Program-made: the position numbers and the translations under genes
Notes under the pieces: generated by a model
Databases searched by the model: none
Told to the model about the DNA's origin: nothing
Seen by the model: the letters and a program-made list of their open reading frames with translations, nothing else
Shown: piece after piece, positions 44,726 through 44,781 of the stretch
Layout: every line of letters begins with the position of its first letter
How positions within the stretch are numbered: position 1 is the first letter of the stretch
UHGV virus genome: UHGV-0214457
From: a virus
DNA length: 44,781 nucleotides
Reading direction: 5' to 3' (one strand)

Positions 44726-44781
44726 TGCACGCCAAACTCCATTAGCCGCTTCCTGGTCATGTTCTTCTCTTTTTATGCGCT

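Noticed and set aside
1-44781. Integrated prophage with host flanks and attL/attR
   Set aside because: Int and endolysin are adjacent across an attP-like site. Early genes occupy both window ends, and a reading frame is continuous across them. No host-like housekeeping genes are present.

Overview
The window reads as a complete, circularly permuted temperate siphovirus genome of about 44.8 kb, probably from a low-GC Firmicutes/Clostridia host, rather than a prophage bounded by host DNA. Almost all genes are on the minus strand. Reading the minus strand from high to low coordinates, there is an early block spanning 44725->37813 and 8511->1. It contains DUF551 paralogs, a C5-cytosine methyltransferase, YopX, a second tyrosine recombinase, cro-like and antirepressor genes, a tRNA-like RNA, SSAP/ERF, Gp157, a replisome organizer, a DnaC-like loader and a LexA-DBD-only protein. 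It is followed by a late block spanning 37684->11548: TerS, TerL, HNH-AP2, portal, head morphogenesis, an accessory cassette, scaffold, capsid, connector, major tail, chaperones, tape measure, tail tip and fibers, and an M15 endolysin. A small plus-strand lysogeny module (cI-like repressor, small ORF, membrane protein, tyrosine integrase, 8739..11259) converges on the endolysin across a 290-bp repeat-rich attP-like region. An open frame runs continuously across the window ends, which supports a circular molecule. The most unusual content is a roughly 3-3.5 kb late-operon accessory cassette (27374..30880) of low-complexity, Gly/Cys-rich proteins headed by an ArpU-like regulator. Other unusual items are a pair of HNH-AP2 homing-endonuclease paralogs with a divergent RHH regulator, a second tyrosine recombinase with a perfect inverted repeat next to a GC-rich methyltransferase island, a 90-nt tRNA-like RNA with two T-arm hairpins, and small-toxin and sRNA-like elements near 6.2-6.7 kb. 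Every call comes from reading motifs and gene organisation by eye; no database searches were run.
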